A stretch of DNA of 64,000 bases from a virus: positions 1 to 64,000 of the IMG/VR virus record IMGVR_UViG_3300028384_001071; one strand, written 5' to 3'. The position numbers and the translations under genes are program-made. Within the stretch, counting starts at the first letter, position 1. Each line of letters begins with the position of its first letter. The notes below the pieces were generated by a model that worked only from the letters and a program-made list of their open reading frames with translations, was not told the origin of the DNA and made no database searches. Below are positions 1-9,876 of the stretch, one piece after another.

Positions 1-18
1 TTCGCCAGGAGCGGGAAA

Positions 19-471
19 ATGCTGATCAACAAGCTGCTGGAGACTCCGGAGAGTCAGGCGAACCTGATGCCGATTCTGTCGGGCCAAGCTCCGAAGAAGA
101 TTCCTGAGTTTGAAATAGCGGGTAAGTGGACCCGCTACTTGGATGGTATGTTCATCGCCAATGGATCTACACCTATCAGTGATAATCCGAACGATGTAGC
201 ATTCATCAGGTGGGTAGACCGCGAGCCTGAGCCTGAGCCTGAACCGCATCCACACGGTCCTCATGTTCCGGTAGAAATGTGGACTGATCTTCAAGCTCTG
301 CATGATGAACTGGCAGCGATGATGAATGGTCAGCCGGAGTTACTAACTCCTGCTGATCTCGCTCAACAGGAGCAAGCATTCTTCCAGACTCCTCAGATGC
401 CAGAGCTACCGGGGATGCCGACATTAGACTTTGGGGCGATTATCAATGACATCCAAAATCGGCAGAAATGA
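19..471 (+). CDS. Hypothetical protein (may be truncated by the window edge)
   Basis: 150-aa ORF with Pro/Glu-rich linker, in a co-directional gene run. Confidence 0.6.
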   Translation: MLINKLLETPESQANLMPILSGQAPKKIPEFEIAGKWTRYLDGMFIANGSTPISDNPNDVAFIRWVDREPEPEPEPHPHGPHVPVEMWTDLQALHDELAAMMNGQPELLTPADLAQQEQAFFQTPQMPELPGMPTLDFGAIINDIQNRQK

Positions 472-628
472 TAAATGCTTCTGCGGTAGTGGTAAGAAGT
501 ACAAGAAGTGCCATTTACCGATTAAGCAGGCAATTGAGCAAGACATCCGAAACGGGGCTAAGTACGTTTCAGGTCCGGGGGAATTCGGACTTGTCAAAAT
601 AGCGGACGCTCCACCTGCGGATGATTGA
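446..628 (+). CDS. SEC-C (SecA C-terminal zinc-binding) motif protein
   Basis: KIGRNDKCFCGSGKKYKKCH matches the SEC-C motif; ATG at 446 preferred. Confidence 0.85.
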   Translation: MTSKIGRNDKCFCGSGKKYKKCHLPIKQAIEQDIRNGAKYVSGPGEFGLVKIADAPPADD

Positions 629-848
629 CAAGGCTTTACAAGCTATAAGATTCCTATCGGAAGACGGTCCAAGACGATTAAGCATCGGTGAGGATATACT
701 GGACCGTCTTCGTGTCAAAGGACTAATCACATACCATGATAGGACATCAGGGACATGGAAGTTAACACCCTACGGTCGGGGTGTCTTACGACAAATAAAC
801 AAAGCAGGAGTCGCCGCAATGCGTGACAAGATGGGAACCTTTCTGTGA
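621..848 (+). CDS. Hypothetical protein, possible winged-helix
   Basis: LDRLRVKGLI...WKLTPYGR pattern; overlaps neighbouring genes. Confidence 0.5.
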   Translation: MIDKALQAIRFLSEDGPRRLSIGEDILDRLRVKGLITYHDRTSGTWKLTPYGRGVLRQINKAGVAAMRDKMGTFL

Positions 849-1432
849 AATGGTTCACAGCCGACCCTCACTTTGGGCACGAAGGTGTCCTCACGATGTG
901 TGGTCGGAAGTTCGACAACGTAGACCAGATGGGTCATGAGATCATAGACCAGTACAACAAGTGTGCTGCCCGTAGTGACACTCTGGTAATACTGGGAGAC
1001 TTCGCATGGAGGGACGCCGCCAAATGGCGACGACTAATCAAGTGTAAGGACGTCCACTTAATCCGAGGTAATCACGATAAAGCATCGGATACTCGGAACT
1101 TCAACTTCGTACGTGATACTCACATGTATCGCTTAGGCGATTCAAGATTCAAGTGTTGGGCATCACATTACCCACATGCGATATGGCCCGCGAGTCATTA
1201 CGGATCGTTCCATATCTACGGGCACTGCCACTGGCAACGAGAAGGTTATCTTGACGACAGACTGCCGAACAGACGTTCGATGGATGTCGGCGTGGATACA
1301 GCCTTCATGACCCTTGGGAAGTATCGCCCATTCTCCGAAGTGGAGATCATCAACATTCTCGGAAATCGGCAAGGTCATCATGACCTCGATCATGAGAAGT
1401 CATTACAAGAATGGCTGAACAGTGAATGCTAG
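845..1432 (+). CDS. Calcineurin-like metallophosphoesterase
   Basis: DxHFGH, LGDF, GNHD, SHYP, GHxH motifs. Confidence 0.9.
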   Translation: MKWFTADPHFGHEGVLTMCGRKFDNVDQMGHEIIDQYNKCAARSDTLVILGDFAWRDAAKWRRLIKCKDVHLIRGNHDKASDTRNFNFVRDTHMYRLGDSRFKCWASHYPHAIWPASHYGSFHIYGHCHWQREGYLDDRLPNRRSMDVGVDTAFMTLGKYRPFSEVEIINILGNRQGHHDLDHEKSLQEWLNSEC

Positions 1433-1850
1433 AGACTACGCAGTACAAATCATAATGAATGGGCAGCATTCTGCCCTTCAGATGTTCATGACTGGTATGC
1501 AAGCTGCGATCCAGACTCAATATGCTTCAGCCAACGCGGCTGAAGCCATGCTGATTAACACTCCACTGGATGGAGTGTTCCAAGTGAATCCAACCTCAGA
1601 GGAGTTCTTCTGGGATGTACTAGTTCCTAACTTGCAGGAAAGGAAAACTGGAGAAGAATGGGCCGGACTGTTTGGCGTCACAGTTATGGACCCTGACGGA
1701 TGGAGACGTCATGACTTGTCGTTCTGCGACACGAAGATCACAATGTTCGACTTTATCGAATTCACACGACATTCCACATGCAAAGGACCGCGACGTGGCA
1801 ACACGACCGACCAAATCTGTAACCTCGAATCAACTCGCGACAACTCTTAA
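1422..1850 (+). CDS. Hypothetical protein
   Basis: 142-aa ORF overlapping the upstream stop. Confidence 0.55.
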   Translation: MNARDYAVQIIMNGQHSALQMFMTGMQAAIQTQYASANAAEAMLINTPLDGVFQVNPTSEEFFWDVLVPNLQERKTGEEWAGLFGVTVMDPDGWRRHDLSFCDTKITMFDFIEFTRHSTCKGPRRGNTTDQICNLESTRDNS

Positions 1851-2292
1851 GAAGACAACAAGAGGTCAGAAGGTAGGGCTGTCCTATCGGAAGCCTCTCG
1901 ATATGCGGAAGAAGGGCAACAAGTACCACGGTCGCGTGGAAGTCCTTCAAAACGTCAGCGGGTACATCAACGCCAAGTACGAGGAAGGCGTCCGCCGGGC
2001 TACTGGCAATGCCGACTTCAAAGCCCAAGGCCGAACCTGGGGTAAGCGAAAGGACGGCACTCCATATGTCGAACACAAGGGTGAACACTACATCCAAGTG
2101 AAATGTGAAGGCAAGGGTGCCGTGTCTTACTTCCTCGATGGGAAGCCTGTTACTGACAAGACCATGATCGATGAGTTCCTGAAGCACAAGAAGGTGACAC
2201 GTGACGGAGGGTACGTCGTTCGAACCTTCAAGCTCACGTCTCTCACAGAGCTACGGATGGGTGGGACGACCTACTTCGTCAAGAAAGGATAA
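1795..2292 (+). CDS. Conserved phage hypothetical protein, paralog of 16606-17004
   Basis: GTG start after AAGGA; shares RxWGKR, VEHxGxxYI and VRxFxLT with the minus-strand gene. Confidence 0.65.
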   Translation: MATRPTKSVTSNQLATTLKKTTRGQKVGLSYRKPLDMRKKGNKYHGRVEVLQNVSGYINAKYEEGVRRATGNADFKAQGRTWGKRKDGTPYVEHKGEHYIQVKCEGKGAVSYFLDGKPVTDKTMIDEFLKHKKVTRDGGYVVRTFKLTSLTELRMGGTTYFVKKG

Positions 2293-2316
2293 GGCACGGA
2301 GGCTCTAAACAGAGCC

Positions 2317-2622
2317 ATGCTAGATCACGACAGAGTGGAGCAGGTGGGGTTAGAGTTGGGCCAATACCTGACAACCCCACATGCTCTCTCCGTTCTGTGT
2401 AATCTGAATGGGCAGGCGTTATACACGTCTTGGGTCAATGCAACACCTGATGAATTAGTCACGTTCTGCATCGGCCTGTTAGACACAGCTATTGACGCGG
2501 GAGCTCATGACGATAATGTACTTGAAGCTCAAACCAAGCTGAGACAGTACATCGGTAACAAGGGTGCAGGTCTAAGACCTGCTAATGAGCAGGATTTCGA
2601 TGAGAGTCCTGAAGAACGGTAA
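2317..2622 (+). CDS. Hypothetical protein
   Basis: 101-aa ORF with GGAGG upstream. Confidence 0.6.
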   Translation: MLDHDRVEQVGLELGQYLTTPHALSVLCNLNGQALYTSWVNATPDELVTFCIGLLDTAIDAGAHDDNVLEAQTKLRQYIGNKGAGLRPANEQDFDESPEER

Positions 2623-2875
2623 GATAGCCTTCCCGATTAAAGGGCGGAATCCTCCGCCATGTCCGGATGGCTACTATCCCGATCCGAAGAACAAATGGCA
2701 ATGCATCCCTAATGTTCCTTGCGTGTTCCGACAATTAGCACCAGTTGAATCATGCTGTAGTAGTCATGAAGGTCTGTATTGTATGGAACTCGAACAGATC
2801 ATAACATTAGCGGACTGCAAAGATTGTGACTTGAGAAAGGGCTCTCATGGTGATACGATGGATGATGCGACGTGA
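2585..2875 (+). CDS. Cys-rich hypothetical protein
   Basis: Multiple Cys including CxxC; overlaps both neighbours. Confidence 0.5.
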   Translation: MSRISMRVLKNGKIAFPIKGRNPPPCPDGYYPDPKNKWQCIPNVPCVFRQLAPVESCCSSHEGLYCMELEQIITLADCKDCDLRKGSHGDTMDDAT

Positions 2876-3314
2876 CATACCTGAAGTATTGGAGGTCGAA
2901 AACGAGACCAGTGCGAATCCACTAACCAGAGAGGGGTTACTGTGCCATCTACGGCGACGGAACTGCATCGGTATGGTGGAAGAAGTGGACGATGAGATCA
3001 GGGGATTCATGCTGTATGAACTCCATCGCACTAGCTTGGCAATACTCAAGCTATCTGTCCATCCGAATCACCAACGTACTGGGGTGGCGAAGTCGATGAT
3101 ACGACGTCTGAAGGATAAGCTGACACAGCAACGCCGGAGGGCGATCGACATCGAGATTCATGAAGAGAACATGGAAGCTCAGCGTTTCTTGAAAGAGATG
3201 GGCTTCCGAGCCTACCACGTCCAGCGTGATTACTACGACGATGGACGGTCGGCGTATTACTTCCGATACGCTCTCCCAATGGAAGCACCTGAGATGGAGA
3301 GAATCGCTGCATAG
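2847..3314 (+). CDS. rimI: RimI-like GNAT N-acetyltransferase (Planctomycete-like)
   Basis: IRWMMRRDIPEVL, RNCIGMV, GFMLYELH, HPxHQRxGVA acetyl-CoA loop, ExNxxAQxF, xGF. Confidence 0.8.
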   Translation: MVIRWMMRRDIPEVLEVENETSANPLTREGLLCHLRRRNCIGMVEEVDDEIRGFMLYELHRTSLAILKLSVHPNHQRTGVAKSMIRRLKDKLTQQRRRAIDIEIHEENMEAQRFLKEMGFRAYHVQRDYYDDGRSAYYFRYALPMEAPEMERIAA

Positions 3315-3618
3315 ACGGACATTCATCAAATCAATACTCGCGGGAGCAGTCACCTTGACTATCCCGCGACGAATACTGACTCCCGCAGGAATCGAACATG
3401 TCAATCCTAATCGACTTGTCACTATTCTTGGTCGACCTCATGATGTCGATCTTCTGGAAGCCTTGGAAGAATCTATTCGATTACAAGGGGTGATGCACCC
3501 AGTCATAATCTCACCTGACGGTCAGGTTATTGACGGGAGCCTAAGAGTGAGGGCGTCAGTCCTTGCGGGCCGAACAACCATCCCTGTTCTGTATATGGAT
3601 AACCCTCGCGATGTTTAA
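3307..3618 (+). CDS. ParB/Srx N-terminal-like domain with twin-arginine-like N-terminus
   Basis: LEESIRLQGVMHPVII...IDGSLRVRA; N-terminal HRRTFIKSILAGA; start uncertain (CTG 3307 after GGAG). Confidence 0.6.
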   Translation: MHRRTFIKSILAGAVTLTIPRRILTPAGIEHVNPNRLVTILGRPHDVDLLEALEESIRLQGVMHPVIISPDGQVIDGSLRVRASVLAGRTTIPVLYMDNPRDV

Positions 3619-3835
3619 GTACACGTTCAAAATCGATGGTGCAAGTCCCGGACCGGGAACCTTGGTTGTAATTCAAGGCCATCGGAATCTCAGGAACGCG
3701 AAAGCCAGAGCCGAGGCCACACTCGAAGAAGCCAAAGCCGACGCTACATACAACTACGAGTGGCGATTGGGTGAAGTGGAAGTCGAGGCAGTGGAAGTAC
3801 CGTTCATTGCCTTCTTCGATAGTGGTGAACGGTGA
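3611..3835 (+). CDS. Hypothetical protein
   Basis: ATG overlapping the upstream stop. Confidence 0.5.
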   Translation: MFKYTFKIDGASPGPGTLVVIQGHRNLRNAKARAEATLEEAKADATYNYEWRLGEVEVEAVEVPFIAFFDSGER

Positions 3836-4080
3836 GTCTACTTGACTTCATAATACGATGCATGGCAGTCTCTGCTGTCTCGATGACGGTTACGAAGAGC
3901 ACACTTCCGATACCGAGGAAATGGAAAGTCTTGAAGTGTCCGTATTGCTTTAGCCATTGGGTTGCAGCCTGCGTCTCACCTTGGGACTCATCCTATGTAC
4001 TACACACCTTCGCCATCGTGGCTGGGTCTATACCGTTCTCAATGTGCATTATGAAGTTCATGTGGATGAGTGATGATTGA
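3832..4080 (+). CDS. Small membrane protein with CPxCxSxW motif (DUF1360-like)
   Basis: LKCPYCFSHW flanked by hydrophobic segments. Confidence 0.55.
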   Translation: MSLLDFIIRCMAVSAVSMTVTKSTLPIPRKWKVLKCPYCFSHWVAACVSPWDSSYVLHTFAIVAGSIPFSMCIMKFMWMSDD

Positions 4081-4285
4081 TCTCAGACAGCAAATAGACG
4101 AGAGGGTCAAGCAACTCGCAGCAGGATTCCGAGATCAAGTGCAGGCCAAAGGGCCGCAGGCGAAGATTGATGAGGAATTCATGGCCTTCGTGACCGAGCG
4201 TTTAGCTCAACTGGAAGTAACATGTCAAGGTGTCTTAGCTATACTCGATGGTAAAGCTGACAAGCGACCAACAGGCGGCAGTTGA
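4070..4285 (+). CDS. Hypothetical coiled-coil protein
   Basis: 71-aa helical ORF. Confidence 0.5.
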   Translation: MMIDLRQQIDERVKQLAAGFRDQVQAKGPQAKIDEEFMAFVTERLAQLEVTCQGVLAILDGKADKRPTGGS

Positions 4286-5321
4286 TCGGGCTGTTGAAGC
4301 CTTATCAACTAATCAACCACTATTTCGAATAGGTGGTTATGCGGGGACCGGTAAGACTACCGTTCTCAAAGAGATCATTGAACGTGTACCCGGCGGTGCC
4401 CCGTGTGCTTACACAGGGAAAGCCGCATCGGTTCTTGTCAAGAAAGGCATACAAGCCACTACGGTTCACTCTCGAATCTACAAGTGGGTTGAAGCCCTCG
4501 GTGAGTTTCAAAGGGTGCCGAAAGAGGAAGTCAGATACAAGCACTTCGATCTTGATGAAGGATCAATGATCGGTGGAGACATCTTCGCAGATATGCAGTT
4601 CTACGGACTGCCGATCCTTGCAGTAGGTGACCCCGGTCAGTTGGAGCCTATCTCCAAGAGTGATGTCAACTTGATGAAAGATCCTGACGTTGTTCTCACA
4701 GAGATCCACCGTCAGGCTCAGGATAATCCAATCATCGACCTTGCCACCCGTATCCGACTAGGTCAGGATTGGGGTTTGCAAGACGATGATTCGAGATGCG
4801 TCGTCGCTCGGCAAGCCGAAGCGTACGGCAGTTTGGATTGGGCAGACGTCATAATCTGCGGATACAACCGGACGCGGGTCGAGATCAACAAGCGTAAGCG
4901 TCAGAACCTCGGACACACAGCGGAACTGGAAGAGGGTGACAAGATCATCTGCCTCCAGAACGACAAAGGCATTGGCATCTTCAACGGATTGATGTTCGAC
5001 GTACTCAAGATCAAGAGTGCGGGGAAGATCATTACGAGGGCGGATGTCAGAGCCGACGACGGTCGAACATACGAGAGTATGCCAATTTGGATGGGTCACT
5101 TCAATCGTCCAAAGTCGGCCAATTGGAAGACGACTCGTAAGTATCGCGGTAAGGCGATGATCGCTGACTATGGCTATGCCATCACTTGTCACAAGAGCCA
5201 AGGCTCCGAGTGGGACAAGGTAGTCGTGATCAATCAAGCTGCCGAGAAGTTATGGAACCAGGTCCGATGGTTGTACACAGCAACCACCCGAGCCTCCAAA
5301 GAGTTAAGGTTGTTCAAATGA
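4248..5321 (+). CDS. SF1B helicase (Dda/RecD-like)
   Basis: GYAGTGKT Walker A, DEGSM, GDPGQLEP, EIHRQA, YAITCHKSQGSEW, LYTAxTRA. Confidence 0.92.
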   Translation: MVKLTSDQQAAVDRAVEALSTNQPLFRIGGYAGTGKTTVLKEIIERVPGGAPCAYTGKAASVLVKKGIQATTVHSRIYKWVEALGEFQRVPKEEVRYKHFDLDEGSMIGGDIFADMQFYGLPILAVGDPGQLEPISKSDVNLMKDPDVVLTEIHRQAQDNPIIDLATRIRLGQDWGLQDDDSRCVVARQAEAYGSLDWADVIICGYNRTRVEINKRKRQNLGHTAELEEGDKIICLQNDKGIGIFNGLMFDVLKIKSAGKIITRADVRADDGRTYESMPIWMGHFNRPKSANWKTTRKYRGKAMIADYGYAITCHKSQGSEWDKVVVINQAAEKLWNQVRWLYTATTRASKELRLFK

Positions 5322-5547
5322 GAACTCAACTACCGCCGAATGCATCAGGCATCTTCTGGTTCATACCAATTGTGATTAGCTTGGTAGCGGCGGTGCCGTT
5401 GATAACGACCCGTGAACATCGATACTATCTATCTGCGTGGTTCCTTGTGGCGACCACTCAGAAGTGTCGAATCCCACAACTATGCTCAGGAAGGGGATGG
5501 TACATGCGTCAAACACTGTTCTGGCTGATCGCCGTATGGTTGCTGAC

Positions 5548-5745
5548 ATGAGTCTCGATGCTTATGTACAACTTCACAAGATCATCCAGATTCACTACTT
5601 GGGGGATTGCTACGAGGCTGAGTTCTATACTCACAATGGCAATCATCTCGCAGAGTCTGCAACCGGTGAAACAGTCGATGCAGCTTTGAAAGCCCTTGAA
5701 ACTAAGTTGCAAGCGAAAACATTCAAAGAATGGAGAAACCAGTGA
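5548..5745 (+). CDS. Hypothetical protein
   Basis: ORF in a tightly packed run; start uncertain. Confidence 0.45.
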   Translation: MSLDAYVQLHKIIQIHYLGDCYEAEFYTHNGNHLAESATGETVDAALKALETKLQAKTFKEWRNQ

Positions 5746-6098
5746 CACAAGAGGAACTGGAAGCATTACAACATGGTGATATCATTCGCCATATTTCCAG
5801 AGCCGAGTCCCTTGTGGTCTTAACTGGCTTTGATGGGACATCGGCTCAAGCTGGTCGTGTGTACGACATCAGCAATCCTGACGAATGGCTGCTTATAAGG
5901 AGCGGAAGTGGAAGGAATGAGAGAACTACTCGAGAAGGGACTGACGGTCCATGTGACGGGGACACGTCGAGTCAGGAATCTGGCAGTGGATCTGGCTCAT
6001 GAAGTCTCGTCTGAGACTCCGGGGTCCAAGGGTGTAATCATCGGTGGTATCGCCGACCCTGAAGGATGTCGCATTTCAGTGTGGTTACCTGACGACTA

Positions 6099-6293
6099 AT
6101 GAACGCATACGTCTATAAGTTCCGTGGCGAGACAATCATCGTCAAGGAGCTTCGAGAAGACTTAGCTCGTCCGTTTGTGTTAGCACATCTGGCTGAGAAT
6201 GATTTCGACAATGTCGAAGAAGAATTAACGTGTGTCGATCAGTACGACATTCGAGATCGCGAAATCATCTACAGTACGATGGGCAATTCATGA
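6099..6293 (+). CDS. Hypothetical protein
   Basis: TAATG coupling with the upstream ORF. Confidence 0.5.
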   Translation: MNAYVYKFRGETIIVKELREDLARPFVLAHLAENDFDNVEEELTCVDQYDIRDREIIYSTMGNS

Positions 6294-6592
6294 ACGGTGG
6301 AAAGATAATCACACCGGGCGGTGACGACCCGATGATGCAACAAGTCATGCAAACGCAAATGCAAGAACAGCAAGTGCGAATGCAGGCTCAAGCCATGATG
6401 GTCCAGTCAGAAGCAGCCATCTTCGGGAGCCTTCTGGCTGCTGAGTTGCATGCTCGAACCGACAGCAGTAAACCACTGGACCCTGAGACAGTTCGCCGAT
6501 GTGCACAGCAAGCACACGGCTATGGTCCTTACTTCGCAGAAGCTTACGGGCTGTTGCAAGTTCAAACGAAGGACGAATCATCTGATGGGTGA
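6290..6592 (+). CDS. Gln/Met-rich hypothetical protein
   Basis: ATGA coupling at 6290. Confidence 0.5.
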   Translation: MNGGKIITPGGDDPMMQQVMQTQMQEQQVRMQAQAMMVQSEAAIFGSLLAAELHARTDSSKPLDPETVRRCAQQAHGYGPYFAEAYGLLQVQTKDESSDG

Positions 6593-6845
6593 GATCTGGT
6601 CAGTTCGGATATGGTTTCATACAGGTGAATCGGTGGTCATCTGCATGAGGGACGAAGGGTCGGCGGAAGCCGCTCGTGATGAGTGGGAAGAAGCATTCAA
6701 CGACTTCTCAGAAGAAAGTGAGACACCCCTCAAGGTTGAAGGGTTCTGTGACACCGCAGATCGAGCACCATTACGGCTATCGTACCTGCCTAGCAGTGCA
6801 CGTTCCGTAGGTGTCTGCCGAATGTACGGAGAAGCTAAGTCATGA
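6585..6845 (+). CDS. Hypothetical protein
   Basis: Acidic ORF coupled to neighbours. Confidence 0.5.
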   Translation: MGEIWSVRIWFHTGESVVICMRDEGSAEAARDEWEEAFNDFSEESETPLKVEGFCDTADRAPLRLSYLPSSARSVGVCRMYGEAKS

Positions 6846-7579
6846 AACGGAGATCATTTCTAAAGTCGATGACAGCCGGTGCTGCGGCACTAATCTTGCC
6901 ATCGACTGTCCAAGGACGGGCAAAGGTATCTCTTCCACGAGTCTATGGCTTGAAGGGATACCCACCTTTAGGCGAGGTACACCAGTTGTATCTTGTCAAC
7001 AGTGTGTCCCGGCTGCATCGATATTACGGTGCACCTGCGGGTAATTGGGTAGCACTCAATAAGAAGAACCCAATGCGGTGGCGTGATCTTGGTAAGAACA
7101 TCAAGATCAGACCGCTCCACGCTAATCCGATAGCAGCAGAATACGGGTCCAATGGTTCCCTATTCTGCTTTGATGTTGAACATCCCAAGTTCAATGAAGT
7201 GGTACAGCAATCTGACTCCCCTGATGGTCGTCTCAAGTACGGTTATGGCGGTGTGATGTATTGCGAGTTTGAAGGCAACGTAGTAGCACTACCTTGTTTG
7301 AACAAGAGCAAGCGTCGGGTGATGACTGAGATCCATAGGGATCGAGGCATCAGCCCTGACGCTGAGCAAGTCGTACTCGGATCGAAACACATGACGATCG
7401 AGCGTAAGCCTGAAATCCAGTGGTATGCACCTATCCTACAGGATGGTGAGTCTTTCGAGGTCAACGAACTACCACTCCCTCAATACAACGACATGTTCGA
7501 AGGAGTCCTGAAACGTGAGCCGAATCGCCTTGCTCTTACTGCTAGCCGTACCGCTTCAAGAAACGAAGTATCTAAATGA
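6842..7579 (+). CDS. Twin-arginine signal-bearing protein
   Basis: MKRRSFLKSMTAGAAALILP matches the RRxFLK Tat consensus. Confidence 0.65.
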   Translation: MKRRSFLKSMTAGAAALILPSTVQGRAKVSLPRVYGLKGYPPLGEVHQLYLVNSVSRLHRYYGAPAGNWVALNKKNPMRWRDLGKNIKIRPLHANPIAAEYGSNGSLFCFDVEHPKFNEVVQQSDSPDGRLKYGYGGVMYCEFEGNVVALPCLNKSKRRVMTEIHRDRGISPDAEQVVLGSKHMTIERKPEIQWYAPILQDGESFEVNELPLPQYNDMFEGVLKREPNRLALTASRTASRNEVSK

Positions 7580-7880
7580 AGTCGGCCACAGCGAACGGAT
7601 CGCCGAAGAACGAAGCATCGCCTCCGAAGTGAGGATGCCTGATCACACGAGATGTGATCTGGTCAGCGACACCCACGCCTACGAAGTGGAGTGGGCACAC
7701 AAGTGGAAGGAAGCCCCGACCCAAGCTATACTCTACTCGATCTGGACGGGCAAGAAGCCCGGAGTGATCTTGTTGAGTAAGAGTCGAACCCAGGACAAGC
7801 TGCACATTCTCAGGTGTAAGCTGGTCTGTCAGAAACTGAACATCGACATGGAGGTTTACGATGCAGTCAAAGAGCCTTGA
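7515..7880 (+). CDS. PD-(D/E)xK-like nuclease-fold protein with hydrophobic N-terminus
   Basis: RCDLV...AYEVEW..KW.EA..QAxxY. Confidence 0.55.
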   Translation: MSRIALLLLLAVPLQETKYLNEVGHSERIAEERSIASEVRMPDHTRCDLVSDTHAYEVEWAHKWKEAPTQAILYSIWTGKKPGVILLSKSRTQDKLHILRCKLVCQKLNIDMEVYDAVKEP

Positions 7881-8271
7881 CGATATTGCCAGTGAGATAG
7901 CGGCAGAAGCCGATCGAGTACGTCAACTGGCTGAAACCGTCCACGAACTTCGTAAGAAGGCGGGAGTCGTAGAGGAACTCATTACCAAGGAGCGAGTTCA
8001 CGTCACGATCAAACGCTCAGGGTGGATGTACGCCGACTTCGTAGATGCACCCGATTCAAGCCGAGATAAGTTGAACGAGTTCATGGTGTCGGAGATCGAA
8101 CGGTTGCAAGAATTGGCTAATAAGACCGAACGGGAAGCCGCGCAGAAGACAACATTCACCATCGAGGAGTTCAGAGCATATCTCGAAACGCAAGACTCTC
8201 GGGGTGACATCTACTCCAATCTCTCTGAAGAGAACGTAAGGAAAGCGAGTGAGGTACAAGTACAAGGCTAA
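7861..8271 (+). CDS. Hypothetical coiled-coil protein
   Basis: GGAGG RBS, 136 aa. Confidence 0.6.
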   Translation: MQSKSLDDIASEIAAEADRVRQLAETVHELRKKAGVVEELITKERVHVTIKRSGWMYADFVDAPDSSRDKLNEFMVSEIERLQELANKTEREAAQKTTFTIEEFRAYLETQDSRGDIYSNLSEENVRKASEVQVQG

Positions 8272-8572
8272 GCCTGAACTGATGCATCCAGCCTTCATCC
8301 CTGAAGACGACGCCGAGAGGTTGGAAGCATTGAAGCAGTTCATCCAAATCTACGCCGATCCGGGTAACTGGAGGAGATCGACAGGACATCCACCTCATAA
8401 CTTGAGAGAAGGTGTCCATCTTGATTTCCACCCGTTAAAGGTATGTGATGGGTGGAATTTCGCAGAAGAAGCACTTGACTTTATCAATCGCCATTTCAAA
8501 CCACAACCTAAGAAGCTGACGTGGTGGCAGTTGATACTTCGAATCCTAACCGTAGGTGGTCGCATTCGATGA
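8249..8572 (+). CDS. Hypothetical protein
   Basis: ORF overlapping neighbours. Confidence 0.5.
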   Translation: MRYKYKAKPELMHPAFIPEDDAERLEALKQFIQIYADPGNWRRSTGHPPHNLREGVHLDFHPLKVCDGWNFAEEALDFINRHFKPQPKKLTWWQLILRILTVGGRIR

Positions 8573-8784
8573 GTGATAAGTTCAAGCCGAGACTGTTTCG
8601 GCATTGGCAGAAGAAGTACGATATCCCGTACGAAACTATCAACAACTGTATCGTTATCGATGACGGGATGGTTGAAGGTGACAAGCGAATAGAACTCTAT
8701 GAGCTTGGCGATTACAAGATTGCCTATATCGAGGATCACAAGATATGGCTAGTCCCAACAGGCTTGGAGGTGAAACGGCAATAG
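8569..8784 (+). CDS. Hypothetical protein
   Basis: ATGA coupling. Confidence 0.5.
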   Translation: MSDKFKPRLFRHWQKKYDIPYETINNCIVIDDGMVEGDKRIELYELGDYKIAYIEDHKIWLVPTGLEVKRQ

Positions 8785-9054
8785 ACTTCGCGACGTGAAA
8801 CACTCAACTCAACTCCAGACAGATGCCGAGAAGGATGGGTTGTTCAAACGACTCGCCGGACGTGGTGCAGCTATGATTGCAGCAAATGCCATAACCAGCA
8901 AAGCCGGTCAATAAGCCCGGAGCCGAGGATTGGGAATGGTTCCCCGAGGGTAGATGCCATGCGACTGTAATGGCTATGTAACTATCCAGTGTCAAAATGA
9001 AGTGTGGTTCGATTCCACCCTGAGGCATTTACTAACCATTGGGAAGGAAGTCTA

Positions 9055-9249
9055 ATGCGAGAGAAGACATTCAATCGACTGTTCAAATGTGTCGTCGTGT
9101 TCATCATCTTAGGACTAATCGTACCGCCTTTGGCGATGGTTGGTGCCTACTGGTATGGTGGTGAAGAAGCGGTCTTCAAGATGAAGCGACTGATGGCACC
9201 TGCGGGAGATCACTATCTTACCATTGAGCCGAAAGTTCCTGCTGAGTAG
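9055..9249 (+). CDS. Small single-pass membrane protein
   Basis: GGAAGG RBS; hydrophobic CVVVFIILGLIVPPLAMVGAYW. Confidence 0.55.
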   Translation: MREKTFNRLFKCVVVFIILGLIVPPLAMVGAYWYGGEEAVFKMKRLMAPAGDHYLTIEPKVPAE

Positions 9250-9673
9250 AGGTTACTGTTGTGACTTCGGATGTATGAACTGCCCTTATAAGGACAAGAC
9301 AATGCAACATTGCTTTCAGGTATATCCTGAGCATTGTAACCCGTTGGAAGTAGACGGGAAGATGATGGTTCACGGTGGAGCGATGCTCACTCAGATGGAT
9401 CGTGTAGTAGCGATCTATGTGCAACGCCTGCTCGTACCAACTGATTGCGACGAGATCCGAACAGTCAATGTCAAGGTCAACTTCCTGGCACCAGCCAAGC
9501 TCGGTGATCTAGTAGACATCGAAATGAGCGTGAAGCGATACGGTCGAACAAGTATCGCAGTCCTCTGCAATTGTACTGTTGGTGATAACCACATCTCCAG
9601 CGGTGAGATTACCTTCGTGTCATTCAAGAGTGGAAAGGTTCATCCTCATGGACTTACTGGGACGACTGATTGA
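9224..9673 (+). CDS. Hotdog-fold acyl-CoA thioesterase with N-terminal Cys-rich (DUF5522-like) segment
   Basis: HGGAML..MD, FLAPAKLGD, GRTSI; N-terminal LLSRGYCCDFGCMNCPY. Confidence 0.75.
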   Translation: MSRKFLLSRGYCCDFGCMNCPYKDKTMQHCFQVYPEHCNPLEVDGKMMVHGGAMLTQMDRVVAIYVQRLLVPTDCDEIRTVNVKVNFLAPAKLGDLVDIEMSVKRYGRTSIAVLCNCTVGDNHISSGEITFVSFKSGKVHPHGLTGTTD

Positions 9674-9876
9674 ATGGCTGTTCCCTTGGGAATACTTCAA
9701 TTGGTCAACTGACCCTTCCTACGGGTTATGTGGAAGTTACTACAGACAATTCCGACGCAACAAACACACCGGTGAGTGGCAGGGCGATTGGTTCAGTGGA
9801 GGTATCCCGTCCTTCTGGCCTTTATGGGTGCATATCCACAATCCTGTACTCTTAGAACAATTGGAGCATACCTACC

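Noticed and set aside
8785-9050. tmRNA or intact tRNA gene
   Set aside because: It lacks tmRNA acceptor ends and a tag ending in a typical degron, and the anticodon stem does not pair.
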